Under the pieces are notes generated by a model that did not search any database, was not told the DNA's origin, and saw only the letters and a list, made by a program, of their open reading frames with translations. The position numbers were made by a program, and so were the translations under genes. From Macrostomum lignano (taxonomy: Eukaryota), in NCBI GenBank assembly GCA_002269645.1, contig NIVC01000322.1:62001-126000 (forward strand): a stretch of 64,000 nt of DNA, in the 5' to 3' direction. Position 1 is the first letter of the stretch; each line of letters starts with the position of its first letter. This document shows positions 37,212 through 50,370 of this stretch, piece by piece.

Positions 37212-39683
37212 ATTGGAAGCATTTTTTGCTGTCTTCTTGTTAGGGACTCTTCTAAAAGTAACTTTGTGGTGAATTGGTTCATGAAACAGAAAAATTCAAT
37301 ACAAAATTGTGAACTTCATTAGCATCGTAAACAGTAAAAATGCTTAATAATAAAGTTTTATACCTTAGGCTTTAAAATTGAATCCAGAGTTAACTATACT
37401 TAATTTCTATATTATAGAAATTTTTCAATCTTGCATTACTAATATTTGTGTGATTTTTATTACTTCCTAGTTTTCTTTCACAATTAACTAACTTTGAATT
37501 TTACCTAGCCAGTGCAATAGTTTTTCTACAAAAAATGCAATATACTTGTATCGTTAAAGGGCCTATATCAATAGCTTTCTTTGGCTTTAAGTATTTAACA
37601 AACATACAAACCTTAGAGATTTAGTATATTTAGATGGTGCATCTCTCTTTTTATTTTTTAATCACTGATATAAATTTTCTCTTTTTCTTTTATTTGTATG
37701 TTTTCTATTGTTTTATTCATTTTTTTTATTTCTTTGTCCTATATATCTCTCTCATAAGTTTTGGTATTTAGTTGATTACTTTTATAAGATATATCTGCCT
37801 TGGCCATCTTCTCACCTTGCTATATTGGCTTGGCCGTATATTGCATAGGCATGATTTTGCTATCATTAAAAATATTACCTAATTTAATTTATACCTATAT
37901 TTTTAACTTGCATCTTTAATGGATAAATGCAAAATACATGTGAATGATTTGATATTTCATTAAAATAATTTGAAAGTTGAATTCTATTTAACCATAATGA
38001 ATCTATACTATAATGTTTAGGTTTTTGTTTTGCTCAGAGGTTGGAAAATTATTTTAGCCATAAAGGCCAGATAGAGAATTTAGTGCATGACTAGATAATC
38101 CAGAGGAAGAAAGGAACTTTTGTGTCCCAAAAGTTCCCAGAATTTTGGCTATAGCTTCTCAGTAAAATAACCAATTTTTATATTGTATATGTCAAACTGA
38201 AGACAATTTGTCATTTGAATTTTCTTTCTATCTGGTTTTGGTTAAGAGTTACACCAGGAAATGTGAAGGAAGGTCAGCACTAATATTGCACAACCTCAAA
38301 TGTCTGTGGTGTCTTTTTTCCATAATCATTTTTTTGTAAAATTCAACCTTGAATTTGTCAGAAAGGTGTGGAAACATCTAGGGGTAAAAACAATTAAAAT
38401 TGCTGATTAGATCTCGTGGTGCCAGCGCCAGCTTATTTCATACCAATTGCTTGCTTTTGGCTTAAGGTTTAAAGATAAGTTCTCTCCATAGCCTTGAAAG
38501 TCAGTGGAGTCAAGTTTTTGCTTTGTGGGTTCAGCGAGAATGTGGCTGCTAGTCATTTAAAGTGGACAGGTGACCATCTTTGAACTGTTGGATCTATCCT
38601 AAAATAGCTATTTTTTAATGCTATTCTCACTGTGGATTGAGAAAAGATAATTGGCAATTTTGGTCCTACCCTATCCTGCAGACTATATGGTGGCTAACAG
38701 AATCAAAGATGCTGTTTTCATGAAGCAAAACGACTTTTATGCAGTCATTGACAACCCAAACAATCTTTTGCTTCTTAAAAAAGAAGCTTTGTAGAACTAT
38801 GTGACAGGAAGAAGTATAAGTACAATTGCAAATACAAATACTTGTATATGATTATTAAGAAACAATATAATTCATTTTGTTTTTACCACTATCTAACATT
38901 TAGAAAATAATAAAAATTCTGATTCCAATATTGTTGCTAAGCCATTTTTGGCTTGTAGCAATATTTCTTGATAAGAAAAAAATCTACTCACTAGACTTTA
39001 TGAAGCATACTGGCAGAAGAAGAAAGAATAAAGTGAAGGAAATAGCAAGAAAGTGGAAGTAAAAAAATTTACTAAGCCTAAAATTATTTTATTAGACCCC
39101 ATGCAAATCTCTACATCCATAAAATTCATTTTACAGTTTTAGCACACTATTTATATTGTCAAATGTTGACAAATATCTTGGCCTACTCATTGGTAACTCC
39201 CAGAGAGAAAGCTTTGCACTATACTATTAGATTTGCATACAGCAAATAGACTCCAATTCTTGTGGCACTTTTGTTCCACTCTTAAGCAGAAATTTGTTGC
39301 TTGATAAGCGCACTAATATGCCTAATGTGCAGCCAAAGCTGTCTGTTGCTTGAGGCATTATAAAGACAGCAATAACCAATTTTGATAAAATATCAGACCA
39401 AAACATATGCCATGGTTGCCATTTACAATAGAAGAACCCTGGCCATTTGGTCAAAATCATTCTATGAATACAATTGAGTGGATTATTGAAAATTAATGAC
39501 TTAAATTGATATAATTCATGTATCTATAAGCATATATGGGGCCACATAAAATCTGCAGATTGAGTGCCAATTATGCCTCCTCTGGTTTTACAAATCTTGC
39601 TAGACTTGACAACAAGACTAAAGCATCAAAGTGTATATCACATACATTAATTTGGACAGCTGACAGTGATATTTTGTTTATAC

Positions 39684-41924
39684 TGATGTAACCACACTCT
39701 GGTCGCGGGATAGGGCATGGGAACTTTTTCGAAAGTGCCTCCTATCCCGTGTACCCTCTGCACAGAGCTGTCGAGACTCGGCCAGGTCTCCGCCCAGGCC
39801 TGGAGACTCCCACTCTGCTGCCCCCCTCCTACTGCCTTGGTTCCGTCTCCCCTGCCGCCACACCTGCCTTTCCGGAGCTCCCTGTCCCTCTCTGTACCCT
39901 CCCCTCTACCTCATCTCCCCTGCACTCCACCCTATTCTTCTTGTACTTTCCCTTCCCCCCCCTCTTTTTGTCTCTCTCTGCACTCTTTTCCTGCACTGTC
40001 CCCTCCTTCTCTGTGTCTACTTACAGTATTTTGTGTGCTCACCGTCTCCCCATCCCCTCCCAAACTCCCAAACGGTGACGCAAGTCGTGTGACCCCTTCT
40101 TCCCCCCGATGACTCATCGATGACTCATCCCCCTCTCTTGCGCAACCTTTTCTCATGCCATTGTTCTCCTCCCTAAATTTCTCATGCGACACCAACCCCA
40201 CCTACGCTTCTATTGTTCTCGTTTTTGATTCTTTTGTTCTCTCGACCCCCACCAATTATCACATTTTCTCTGATTTTCTCTTTCTTTTGTTCTCGTTTTT
40301 GCACCTAATTATCACCTTTTCTCCTATGTTTACTTTTCCATTGTTCTCAGTTTTCCCCAATTATCCCTGATTTCTAATTCCTTTGTTCTCGACCCTAGCC
40401 CTATTGTTCTCCATGTTTGCTTGCGCAACACTTTCGCGACCACCCGCTGCGCTAATTATCCCCCCACCCCACCTCCGGATTGCGCAATTTCCTTATTTCT
40501 CATGTTGCTATGCTAGTCTCATGCTTCTCATCATGACTCATTCTGACGTCATTCTGCCGGCAGCCAATCAGAGAGAGGGAGCCATGGTAACGACCTTGAG
40601 GAGGCGGCTGTGAGGTCTATAAAAGGAAGTGATTTCGGCATGAGAATCATCAGTCGCATTCTACGCTTCCACTTCTGCCCACCTTCGGGCTCCTAGTCTT
40701 TCTTTAGACTTGCCGTCAGACTGAGTTCTGACCCATTTGTCTATTAGACGAATCCTTGCCGGTCCGCGGTCTGTTACCATCAAGTTATCCTTAGCTCCCC
40801 AAGCGAGCTCGCCTATCGGCCAGCGGTCTGATACCACCCAGCATCATCAGCATCGCCTGATCTACATCAGCGCCTTGCCGCTTTAGTGCATCGCCGCTTC
40901 ACTGTCTGCCTGACTGCAGCCTACAGCCACCCTTGGTCACTCTGCTTCTCTCTCTCTCTCTCTCTGTGCAGCTGCCGGTAAGTTCCTGTTACTAATTTGT
41001 GCTCTAATTGCCTTTGCTTATCCGGGGTTGCCTATTTCCCATTGTCTGATTAGAGAGCTGAGCCAATTGTGATACCGTATCTTTTGCTGTATTTTACTCA
41101 ATAGTGAAGCCGCCTAATTGCCTGATTATTCGCCTAAGGGCCTAATTATTAACTATTAACTAACTTCATCATTATTCAATCTTTCACCATCATTTAACTC
41201 ATGGCTTGCTAAGCCTTTCTCCCGGGGTGGCAAAGCATAAGGGAGTTTGGGTAAGCTAATGGCCTCTCCCCGTGCAAAGCCCGCCTGTGAGTGCGTGCTG
41301 CAGGTCCGCGTGTGCGTGCAGTAGAGGGATTAGCGAGTCTTGGCACAGAATGGCAGTAGGAAGGTTGCAACCCCATGCTAACGCGTCCCTTCGCCCTGAG
41401 CAATCTAAACTGGAGACAGTACATGTTCGCCTCATACTACTCTTAGTAATCAAAGTCGCAAGTCAGCCTTGCTCACAACCACAAAGGATCCCCTGCTGAG
41501 AAATCCTCCAGGATTGAGCCCAGAGTTCCCGATCATGCCCCAAGCAGAGTCCCTGTACTCAGCTGCATGTGTCTCCCCTGTTAGCCTAAATCCCCTGGTA
41601 ACCAATCCAGGCGGGGCTCTAGCCTCGAGAGGTCTAGTAGAAAGATCCAGGTGCGCCAGGTCACATAGAGTGGTGGCAGCCACTCGGTCATACCATGACC
41701 GAGTGACCAACTATTGCACCTTGGCTACAGGTGGGGTCCATGTGGGTCCTTGGCCCTCTGGTCACGAAGCGCTACCAAAAGCTACTAATCATGTGGGCAG
41801 GACAGTCTGGTGCTGGAGGTCCGTCAGGTCGTTGCCCGGTCATAGGCAGCCTTACGTCATTGCCCCCTCTAGTCATGCATTTGTCTCTCTACGGAGCGGA
41901 CAGGCGACAAGGGCGGTTACATCA
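39684..41924 (+). mobile_element. 2241-bp solo-LTR-like insertion with 10-bp terminal inverted repeats and a 4-bp TSD
   Basis: TGATGTAACC (39684) ... GGTTACATCA (41924), flanked by ATAC on both sides (39680-83, 41925-28). Internal CCAAT (about 40564), TATAAAA (about 40618) and GTAAGT (40978). Sharp GC shift against the AT-rich flanks. Confidence 0.85.
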
Positions 41925-43487
41925 ATACTAAATTTATATTTATATTTCCAAAAATTTCCTAGCTTTATTGTTCTTTCCCTTCAATTATAATATTAACTAC
42001 AATTATCTATACATAGTATAAGACGACATTTACACAAATAAAGTTTTTTCTAATAAGTTATTATAATAATTGTTTTAAGAAAATGCCTATGATATTTTAC
42101 AATAAACTTATGTTAACATTTTTTTGGCTATCAAATTTTCCATTATGTAATTAAAGTGTCATTTTGAACCTAAAAAGCTCAGAAAATATCTTAAGAAATA
42201 TGCCAACTAACCATATGTTTGATTGCACATCTTGTAATACATTCAAGCAAAATATGCAGCAATAGATATAGACATAACCCACAGAATGCACATTTTGGAA
42301 GCAAATATCCCCAGAAACTAGACTCTGGAAGGTTACATTACATGTATTCCAGAAAATTTAACATACAAATTGTCATGCATTTTTTTGGCATACAAATTTT
42401 GATGCACAAATTCATACCAATTTTTGGCATACAAATTATGGTGAATAAAATCACATGCCATACATGAAAATTGTAATGTAAATTAACATTTTATATAAAG
42501 TAAAGGAAAATTTATATAGTCTATATAGTCAATGATTAACTTTTTGCTTTTTGAAATTAACAATAAATTATTGCTAAGAGCATCAGTTTTATATTTATTC
42601 TGTAGGTATCATTTAAGTTTGTTTAAAATGAAAATATTTATAAATGTAAATTTTATTAAATATAAATTTTAAATATTTGTATTTGTAAATTTTTTAAAGT
42701 AAAATATTTGTTATATTTTATAGACTTTTCGTATGAAAACTTTTCTTAGAATACTCAACTTGCAAAAACCAAATGACCTTTTTAGGAAGAACTTTTGGCA
42801 TACATTTTAGCAAAAATTTTTATTTTTGGTATATACTGGCATAGGCCCTACATTTAGATGAGCTAGGATTCTTGATCTAGCATATACTATTATACAATCT
42901 AGACCCTAGCCTAGAAATACAAAAGTCAAACATGTCTTTAAGATATCATTGCAAAGCTGAGACATGTGTCAGAAACTGACAAAAAATACATTGCTACCTT
43001 ACTTTATAAGTTCTTTGGCATAAGAATTTATGTTAGAATGCATGATAGAATTCATTTTAACTAGGGGTCAGACGTGATCACGATCGTGATCACGATTTCA
43101 TGAATTCACGACCATTTTTTTCACAATTGTTATTTCCTTGAAACCGGTTCATGACAGTCGTGAATTTCTACTTTATTACATTTTTATTAGAAGTATAACT
43201 TTTCTACTTGGTTTACCAAAATATATGAACACAAATGTGTAAAAGAATAATACATTTTAAATAAGTTGACTTAACAGCATTACTGAGTAGCTATTATCAA
43301 TTTATAAATATTTCTTTTCTTGTTTTGTTATTTTCAACACTTGTAACTTACGAGCTCAAAATACGTGTATGCAAATTATATAAATTCACAATCACAATCA
43401 CGATCACGCCCGACTTTGAAAATTTCACGAAATTCCACGCCCGACCAAAATTTTCTGCTCTTTTAACCTCTAATTTTAATATACTTT

Positions 43488-43596
43488 GGCTATCTTCTCT
43501 AATTGTTCATTAAATTCCAACCCCACCCCCACCGCCCTTAAATAGAGGGCGAAATAATTCCAGAAATAATTAAACAAACAATTTGAGAAGATTGCC
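43488..43596. mobile_element. 109-bp MITE-like element, copy 1
   Basis: Imperfect ~29-bp TIRs (GGCTATCTTCTC.. / ..GAGAAGATTGCC); paralog at 44168-44276. Confidence 0.7.
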
Positions 43597-44167
43597 TATA
43601 CTTTATATTCATATAATAGGCTTTTTTTAAGTTAAAGCATAAAACTTTTGTCTACAAAATTTTAAAGCTGAATATAGTGTAAAAGTAAGAAATGCATCCA
43701 AAAACATGAATTCATTTTTTGTTTGAATTATCTGTCTAATAGAGAAAACATCTGTATAGGCAATATTGGTTGGGGGACACTTACATTTAAGGCACACTAG
43801 AATTTTCAAGCAAAAAGGCTATCTACTTGACTATGGAGCCTATATATTAGATAAAAAACTTGCTCAGTCCCTCTTGGCATTTTTCCTGGGTTTCTACTAA
43901 AGCCCTAAAGCCAAGGGACAATTGCCTATCTGGCTTAGCCCTTGATATAAATGTTATTTGATATTATGTTTAATTATGATATAACATTAGGTGCTTGACA
44001 TGGACAAACTTGTATCAAGAAAGGAATTTCAAAGTAAAAGTTAAACATAAAAGTCAAAATAGATAATAAACATTTTAGAATGAAGGAGTAGCCACAAATC
44101 TAAATGGTAAATTTTGAATGGTAGAGTCCATTTGACCAATTTCAAGTGAATGTATAGCAGAAATTAT

Positions 44168-44276
44168 GGCTATCTTCTAGTTCGTTCGTTTAATTCCAAC
44201 ACCCACCCCCACCACCCTTGAATAGAGGGCGAAATAATTCCGGAAATAATTAAACGAACGAAACTGAAGGATAGCC
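44168..44276. mobile_element. 109-bp MITE-like element, copy 2
   Basis: TIRs GGCTATCTTCTAGTTCGTTCGTTTAATT / AATTAAACGAACGAAACTGAAGGATAGCC; same core as copy 1 (CCACCCCCACC..AATAGAGGGCGAAATAATTCC). Confidence 0.75.
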
Positions 44277-45278
44277 GAAATAATATAATTAACACACATT
44301 ATATCCAAACCTTACCATGACTAGACACTAATATATATGTAATTTAATGACGATGTTATGTTGAACAGACCTGATGATAATAATAAGAGTTGACACTTCT
44401 GACTGACAGGTTGACAGTAAGTAGAAAAAATATTCGAAATTTTTCTGTATGCAGCATAACTTTTCAATATGCGCGAAAGTATATAATAACAAATTATAGG
44501 ACGGAATTTAGGTACAAATTAATATATATAGATAGCTAATTAATTATGATGCATCTATACTTATGCGAGTTACAATAGAACCAATGACAAAATTTATAAG
44601 CATAGCCTGTTAGATAAAAAATGGGTTGCGGCATCTGTCAAAGGTTTAAATTAGCAATTATACACGTGTATAATATTGTGCCTAATTTTGTAAAACGCTA
44701 TTCAGACTCCAAGCAGTAGTTTTTTTTTGTCCAGACTGAAATACAATACTGATTTGACACGATATACGTACACGTTGTCGTACATGACGTACACGTCAGA
44801 ATGTTAATTCTCAGAATTACATGTAATAGCACCGGCCCATGAAGGTACATGTACATGTACTAAGCGTTTTTTTAATGATTGGCGCCCCTTCAATATGGCA
44901 ACCCCAATAAATTAAATGGCGTTACCTCAAATGAAATGCATACATGCTGCGGCTTCCAAAAGACCTGCTTCAGCTGTGCCTGTGCGCGTACAGCTAGGCT
45001 AGATATTGTATTGGGCCGACTGATGCGTCATACGCAATCGCTGTCGTTTCGATCTCTCGATGTTCGTAACAAAATTTCAAAAACGACGAAATGTTGTAAA
45101 GAATTCCGCAGCGAAATCTTTGTGACATTTTTTTCATTCCTCTGTCTTGTTATGCAAATAAGTTTACAGCACAAAATTTTTATTCGGAGCGGACGCGCAG
45201 ACTCCAGCTCTCAGCAATAAACGTTTCAGACTCTCTTAGGACTCTTGCAGTTTTCTTGTGCATCTCCCAAGTTAATAC

Positions 45279-45360
45279 GGACGCGCTTGGAATCGAACCA
45301 GGAGTTGTGGCGGGTTGTCATGCGTTTATCAGACACATAAGTACCAACCGACCAAACCCC
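45279..45360 (-). other. Possible tRNA-derived SINE head or tRNA pseudogene fragment
   Basis: Perfect B-box GGTTCGATTCC on the minus strand (45299-45289) and a weak A-box upstream; no convincing cloverleaf. Confidence 0.25.
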
Positions 45361-45711
45361 AAGACACAGCTAGAGTGTACCACCATGCATGCCTCGATCA
45401 CCCGATTAGAAAGTCAGGGCCCAGTCTGAATGTGTGCATGAGTATAGTGTGTGCCTGCGTACAGTATTGGCGCGCTTGTATATGTGCTCAGAAGTCAGTG
45501 GAATGGGAAGAATTGCCGTCAGCGCTGCTTGTGGGAATTTCGTCGAAGGCATTGCGCTTAGGTTGCCTCACAATCCTACTGCAAATATGAATTATGTAAG
45601 CTAAATCTTTATCTACGAGCTGTCTGTCCGTGTAAAACGCTCGATAGACTGTAGGCCTCAAAAATTTTTATCACGTTCTCACTAAGAAAAATAATACAAA
45701 ATTGGTCATCC

Positions 45712-46650
45712 AGTCTTCCATTCTTCCGGTCTTCCGGTCTTCCGATCTTCCAGTCTTCCGATCTTCCAGTCTTCCAGTCTTCCAGTCTTTCGGTCTTCCA
45801 GTCTTCCGGTCTTCCAGTCTTCCGGTCTTCCAGTCTTCCGGTCTTCCAGTCTTCCGGTCTTCCAGTCTACCGGTCTTCCAGTCTTCCGGTCTTCCAGTCT
45901 TTCAGTCTTCTAGTCTACCAAAGTTTCAGTCGTCCAGTCTTCCGGTCTTCCGGTCTTCTAATATTCCATTCTTCCGGTCTTCCGGTCGTCCGGTCCTCCG
46001 TTCTCGATCCGCTCTTCCAAACTTCCAGTCTTCCAGTCTTCCAGTCTTCCAGTCTTCCGGTCTTCCAGTCTTCCAGTCTTTCAGTCTTCCAGTCTTTCAG
46101 TCTTCTAGTCTACCAAAGTTTCAGTCTTCCAGTCTTCCGGTCTTCCGGTCTTCCGGTCTTCTAGTATTCCATTCTTCCGGTCTTCCGGTCTTCTGGTCCT
46201 CCGTTCTCGATCCGCTCTTCCAAACTTCCAGTCTTCCAGTCTTCCAGTCTTCCAGTCTTCCGGTCTTCCAGTCTTCCGGTCTTCCAGTCTTCCGGTCTTC
46301 TAGTCTACCAAAGTTTCAGTCTTCCAGTCTACCAAAGTTTCAGTCTTCCAGTCTTCCGGTCTTCTAGTATTCCATTCTTCCGGTCTTCCGGTCTTCCGGT
46401 CCTCCGTTCTCGATCCGCTCTTCCAAACTTCCAGTCTTCCAGTCTTCCAGTCTTCCGGTCTTCCAGTCTTCCAGTCTTTCAGTCTTCCAGTCTTCCTCTC
46501 TTCGATGTTCTGATCTTCCATATCCGATCATCTAGTCTTCCCGTCTTTCTCTCCAGTCTTCCACTCTTTCGGTCTTCCAGTCTTCCAGTCTCTCTGTTTT
46601 CCAGTCTTCCGGTCTTCCAGTCTTCCAGTCTTCCTCTCTTCGATGTTCCG
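45712..46650. repeat. 8-bp repeat (TCTTCCAG/TCTTCCGG) with higher-order duplications
   Basis: Read directly; the block CTCCGTTCTCGATCCGCTCTTCCAAACTTCC recurs three times. Confidence 0.95.
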
Positions 46651-47119
46651 ATGTTCCGATTCGGATATAATTCAGATCCTAAAGTTAGCCCCAAAAACAA
46701 GGTACTTAACGACCAGCCAGCTCTGCTGATGGATAAAAGGTAGCCGCGAGCTCTGAGTATAAAGGGCCGGCCAAATCTGGCAGATCCGACGAATCTCAAC
46801 GGTCTCGGCTTGGGCGAAAACGCGCCAAGCGGTTGGCCAAGAAGGAAGCCACGGCTCCCAAAGCGGTGGCGCCCGTCATGGGTGCAAAAATGGCCTCTGC
46901 CAACAAGGAGGTTTCTTAGGAGCTACCTTTGCGGCAAAAGGCCAAGGCCGGAATCCCGGTAGTGTTCATTCAGGGTCGCGGCCAGGACCGGACACCTGAT
47001 TAACTTCAAAAAGTTTGGAAGGTTACTGACTCCATTTTGATTGGGCTGACTGTGAAGGAGGGAATCTCCATCGGCATTGATTCATGGAGTGTCAAGTAGC
47101 TGCCCAAAGCGTCGGCTCC

Positions 47120-47560
47120 GAAGGATCAGCGACTGCAGAAGCTGCTAGAGAAGTTCAACCCCGTTTTCTAGGGTGGTCTCAGCTGTTACACTGGTACGTG
47201 TACGTGAATCTCTGAAACTGCGAGTGAAGCCTGATGCGCGACCCAGGTTCATGAAGGTGCGGCAGGGGCTTTTTGCTTTGAAGTCCAAGATGGAGTTCAA
47301 AGCGAGCAACTCGAGTGGGAGATCCAGCAGCAGGAGACTAAAATTGAATTCCACATCTGCCAGTCCGTCACCAGCGCTGCCACAATCTTAGGACTTTCAG
47401 TCAGCCATGGGATTGCTGGAGGTAGTGGTGAGCGACAACGGACCGTATTTCGTGGAGCCAGGAGATGAGCAACTTCTTGACCAGCAACGGCATTCGGCAC
47501 ATCAAGGTTTCTCGATATCTTCCATCGTCCCTGCTGATGATCGGCAGGCAGTACTCCTCC
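47120..47560 (+). mobile_element. Internally deleted Ty3/Gypsy pol remnant
   Basis: QKLLEKFNPVF*GG...LKLRVKPDARPRFMKVRQ..FALKSKME (pre-RT) joined to HGLLEVVVSDNGPYF..EMSNFLTSNGIRHIKVSRY (integrase core). Confidence 0.8.
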
Positions 47561-48933
47561 CAAAAGGAGTACCATGACCTGCGACCCTGCGACCTTCGAA
47601 GAAGGCGATAGTGTCCATGAGAGAAGCGATTTTGCCAGTCAGACAGCAGGGCGGTGGCAACGTATTGGGCCTCAGAAAGCATCTGTCAAGTAATGACTCG
47701 GCTTTTTAATCAAACAACGCTGATATCATTCATAATTGTTTGGGAGTAATGAATTTCAAGGTTCCGTGCGGATACCTTAGGTTCAAGTAAGAACCATCGT
47801 TTGTTGTCTCTTATGTCATCATCTACAACAGATACGGCTGCTTTGCATTCGAGTGCAGAGGATAAAATATATTGAAATTAAAAAAAATATTAAAGCAACA
47901 TATAGGTGGCTGTTTGAGAATCCATATTGACTCATTAAAACAATCGACTGAATGAGTTTCTAAAAGGATTGAAAACCAAAAGATCAGAGAGGCTCCGCAG
48001 TGTAAAGGGTAGGCTCTTAGACTTTGTTGACAACTTTTAAGCAGTCGCTGTCAAAGTTCTTAACCAGCCCACTTGAGCGAGGTTCATACACAGTTGGTTA
48101 TGCATATAAACCGACACAACAATAACTGATAAAATGTTGTGGATTTTCCCATTGAATTCTTAAGCTACCTCGTAATTTGAAGCACCCAGTAACGCTATCG
48201 CACAATCTCCAGTTAAAAGTGAGCGCACCAAACATGCTACCCCCCCCCTCAATCAGAAATCCTGTCTATGCCAATAATGCTACGAGCTTCTTCGAATATG
48301 ATTGATTTAACAATACTGACAGGATCTGTCAAAAGGTATAATCCGTATTTATTCCCGGAATTCAAATTATTCCATCGGATCTGCCTTTTAACTTCTAGAG
48401 AGTTAGCTTTGCTTTGCCATGAGCATAAAAAATAAGCTCGATGTCGCTAAAGGTGGCCTGAATCAACTTGGAGTCACACTGCTCTGTCAGGATCTTGAAA
48501 AAGTGACTGGCACTTGACCCAGCTGGCTTGAAGGTCATATCCAATGCAGCGCAATATCCCAGCTGCCTAACATGCATTAGCTTCCTCCGACGCATGGGAT
48601 GAGACGCACATGCCAACCTGGCAAACTATGACTAGCACAATCCTTGCTACGAGCTACATGATGGTCCTATCACAGAGCGGGATAGGCTATCACAGAGCGG
48701 GTTCGCTTTTTCGCATTCTACTGCAGCCTATAAATTTTATACTCAGTAGAAGAGCTGCTAATTTTAATTTCGCCTACCCCGGATACCAGATCAGGACCTA
48801 AAAAACCTAAAAAAGCCATTGAAGATATGTGCGAATTAATGATGAGCATTAAAAATCCCTAAGTTTAAGGTGACAAGCTCCTGGTGGGTGCAAGAACTAA
48901 TACTCTGACCGAAAATAAGTTCCAAACTCACAG

Positions 48934-49322
48934 CCACAAACTCATTTGAAATTCGGAAGCTGTCGGCAGAGCTCAAGGATCGAATCGGGCGTTTGCGGAC
49001 GATCGATTGACGGAAACAAAAACCAAAACTACTTGAACTTGTCCTGCAGCCACACCACAACCCGCCCGAATGGTGGGAGGGGCAGCTCGCCGCTCCATCG
49101 CTTGTCTATTGCATCACCATCTACAACAGGCAGGACTGCTGCGCTGACCGACTCAGAAAATTCTCGCTGCAGGTGGACGGCGTCGAGTGCAACCGAGTGA
49201 ACCTGACGGAACCGTTCTCTGTGGCCAACTTCAGCTGCAACGCCTTTGGCAGCCGGGTTCGAGTGACGAACATGCTCAGCCACTTCTTGACCATTTGCGA
49301 GATCGAGGCTTACACTCTGTAA
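48934..49322 (+). pseudogene. F-type lectin (fucolectin/F5-F8 type C) domain exon with a 1-nt frameshift near 49060-49068
   Basis: CRQSS..RSIDGNKNQNY..SCSHT | PEWWEGQL..ITIYNRQDCCADRL..LTICEIEAY*. The fucose-binding H...RxDxxxxR motif is present. No upstream exon found. The frameshift could be an assembly indel. Confidence 0.8.
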
Positions 49323-49401
49323 GCTGAACTGTAAGCTGAACTGGTGAGTGAACACGTACTTCTTAAGTAGAAGGGCCGGCGCAACATTCAAAATCTACGG
49401 A

Positions 49402-50370
49402 AAAAGTTTTGAAAGCCACTTTTCGCCGAAAGAGACACTATGGAGATAGGAAGTTTTCATTTTTTCGTCACAAAAATTGAGGTGCCGGGCGTGTTTTGAT
49501 GTACTGCACTGCACCTGACTCACCTGAGTCTAATAATGAGTAACTCTAACTAGCCAGCCAGCCTAACTAACCAAACTGGCCTACTCCGGTGTACGCTGCT
49601 CTGTGTACTTTCTTTTTCTCTCCCCCTTGACATGATAATATTCAGTAGTGATCGATTCTGAGTTTTAAGTCCACTTACTTGTTTGTCTTTTAAGCCTATA
49701 TATTGGTCTCGCCACCTACCACCTCGTATCTCACATTCTTTGCAATATTTCGCTCGTCTCAAATACACAACTTCGTACTTGACTCAAACCAAGCCCACAG
49801 GCGGCCTTGTCATCGTTTACTGGGCGCGACTTGACAAAAATTGTTATTGCTTTTGATAGCAGGCAGATCCAGTGTTCATCTTTTGATATGTTGTGCCTTT
49901 CTTATAACTCATTGATGTCCATACAGCTTTTCTCATTTCTATTTCTCATTCTACGTACAATTGCATATGTCCTGTGCCTAGTAACCCTTAAAATGGCGCG
50001 GCTCAGCTCATTGGTTTTATGAACCTTTTTTTGTCATTCTAAGCTGACTGTGTAACAATATGTGTAACAGAGATGATAAAATCGATTCATAATATACCAA
50101 AGATTCGAGCTGTGCCATGCATTTTTATGATTTTAGGTACAGGAAATGTACGTAGAATAAAAAATGAACAAAGAATCCCAATTTTCTAAACGAAAAGCTT
50201 TATGAATATCAATAGAGAGCAATAAGAAAGGCACAACATATCAAAAGATGAACACTGGGTCTGTCTCTTATTGAGAGCAATAAACATTTTGTGCTGAAAA
50301 AATGAAAACTTCCTACAGTGTATCTCCGTAATGTATTTTTCGGCGAAAAGTGGCCTTCAAAGCTTTAGTG
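49402..50370. mobile_element. Foldback/TIR element with long imperfect inverted arms centred near 50050
   Basis: 49402-49477 plus 49842-50020 is the reverse complement of about 50370-50080 (e.g. CCACTTTTCGCCGAAA; CAGTGTTCATCTTTTGATATGTTGTGCCTTTCTTAT). Confidence 0.75.
49478..49836. mobile_element. 359-bp solo LTR nested in the left arm of the foldback element
   Basis: TG...CA ends with a 5-bp TSD AAAAT (49473-77, 49837-41); removing it restores colinearity with the right arm. Confidence 0.75.

Noticed and set aside
39200-39620. Faint integrase-like translation on the minus strand
   Set aside because: Many stops and only impressionistic similarity; needs an HMM search
41209-41990. ORFs inside the 2.24-kb element
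   Set aside because: No gag, pol, env or transposase motifs recognised; several overlapping short frames, as expected in GC-rich LTR DNA
45702-46799. SSLPVF/EDWKTG repeat ORFs
   Set aside because: 8-bp tandem repeat; no unique domain or splice support
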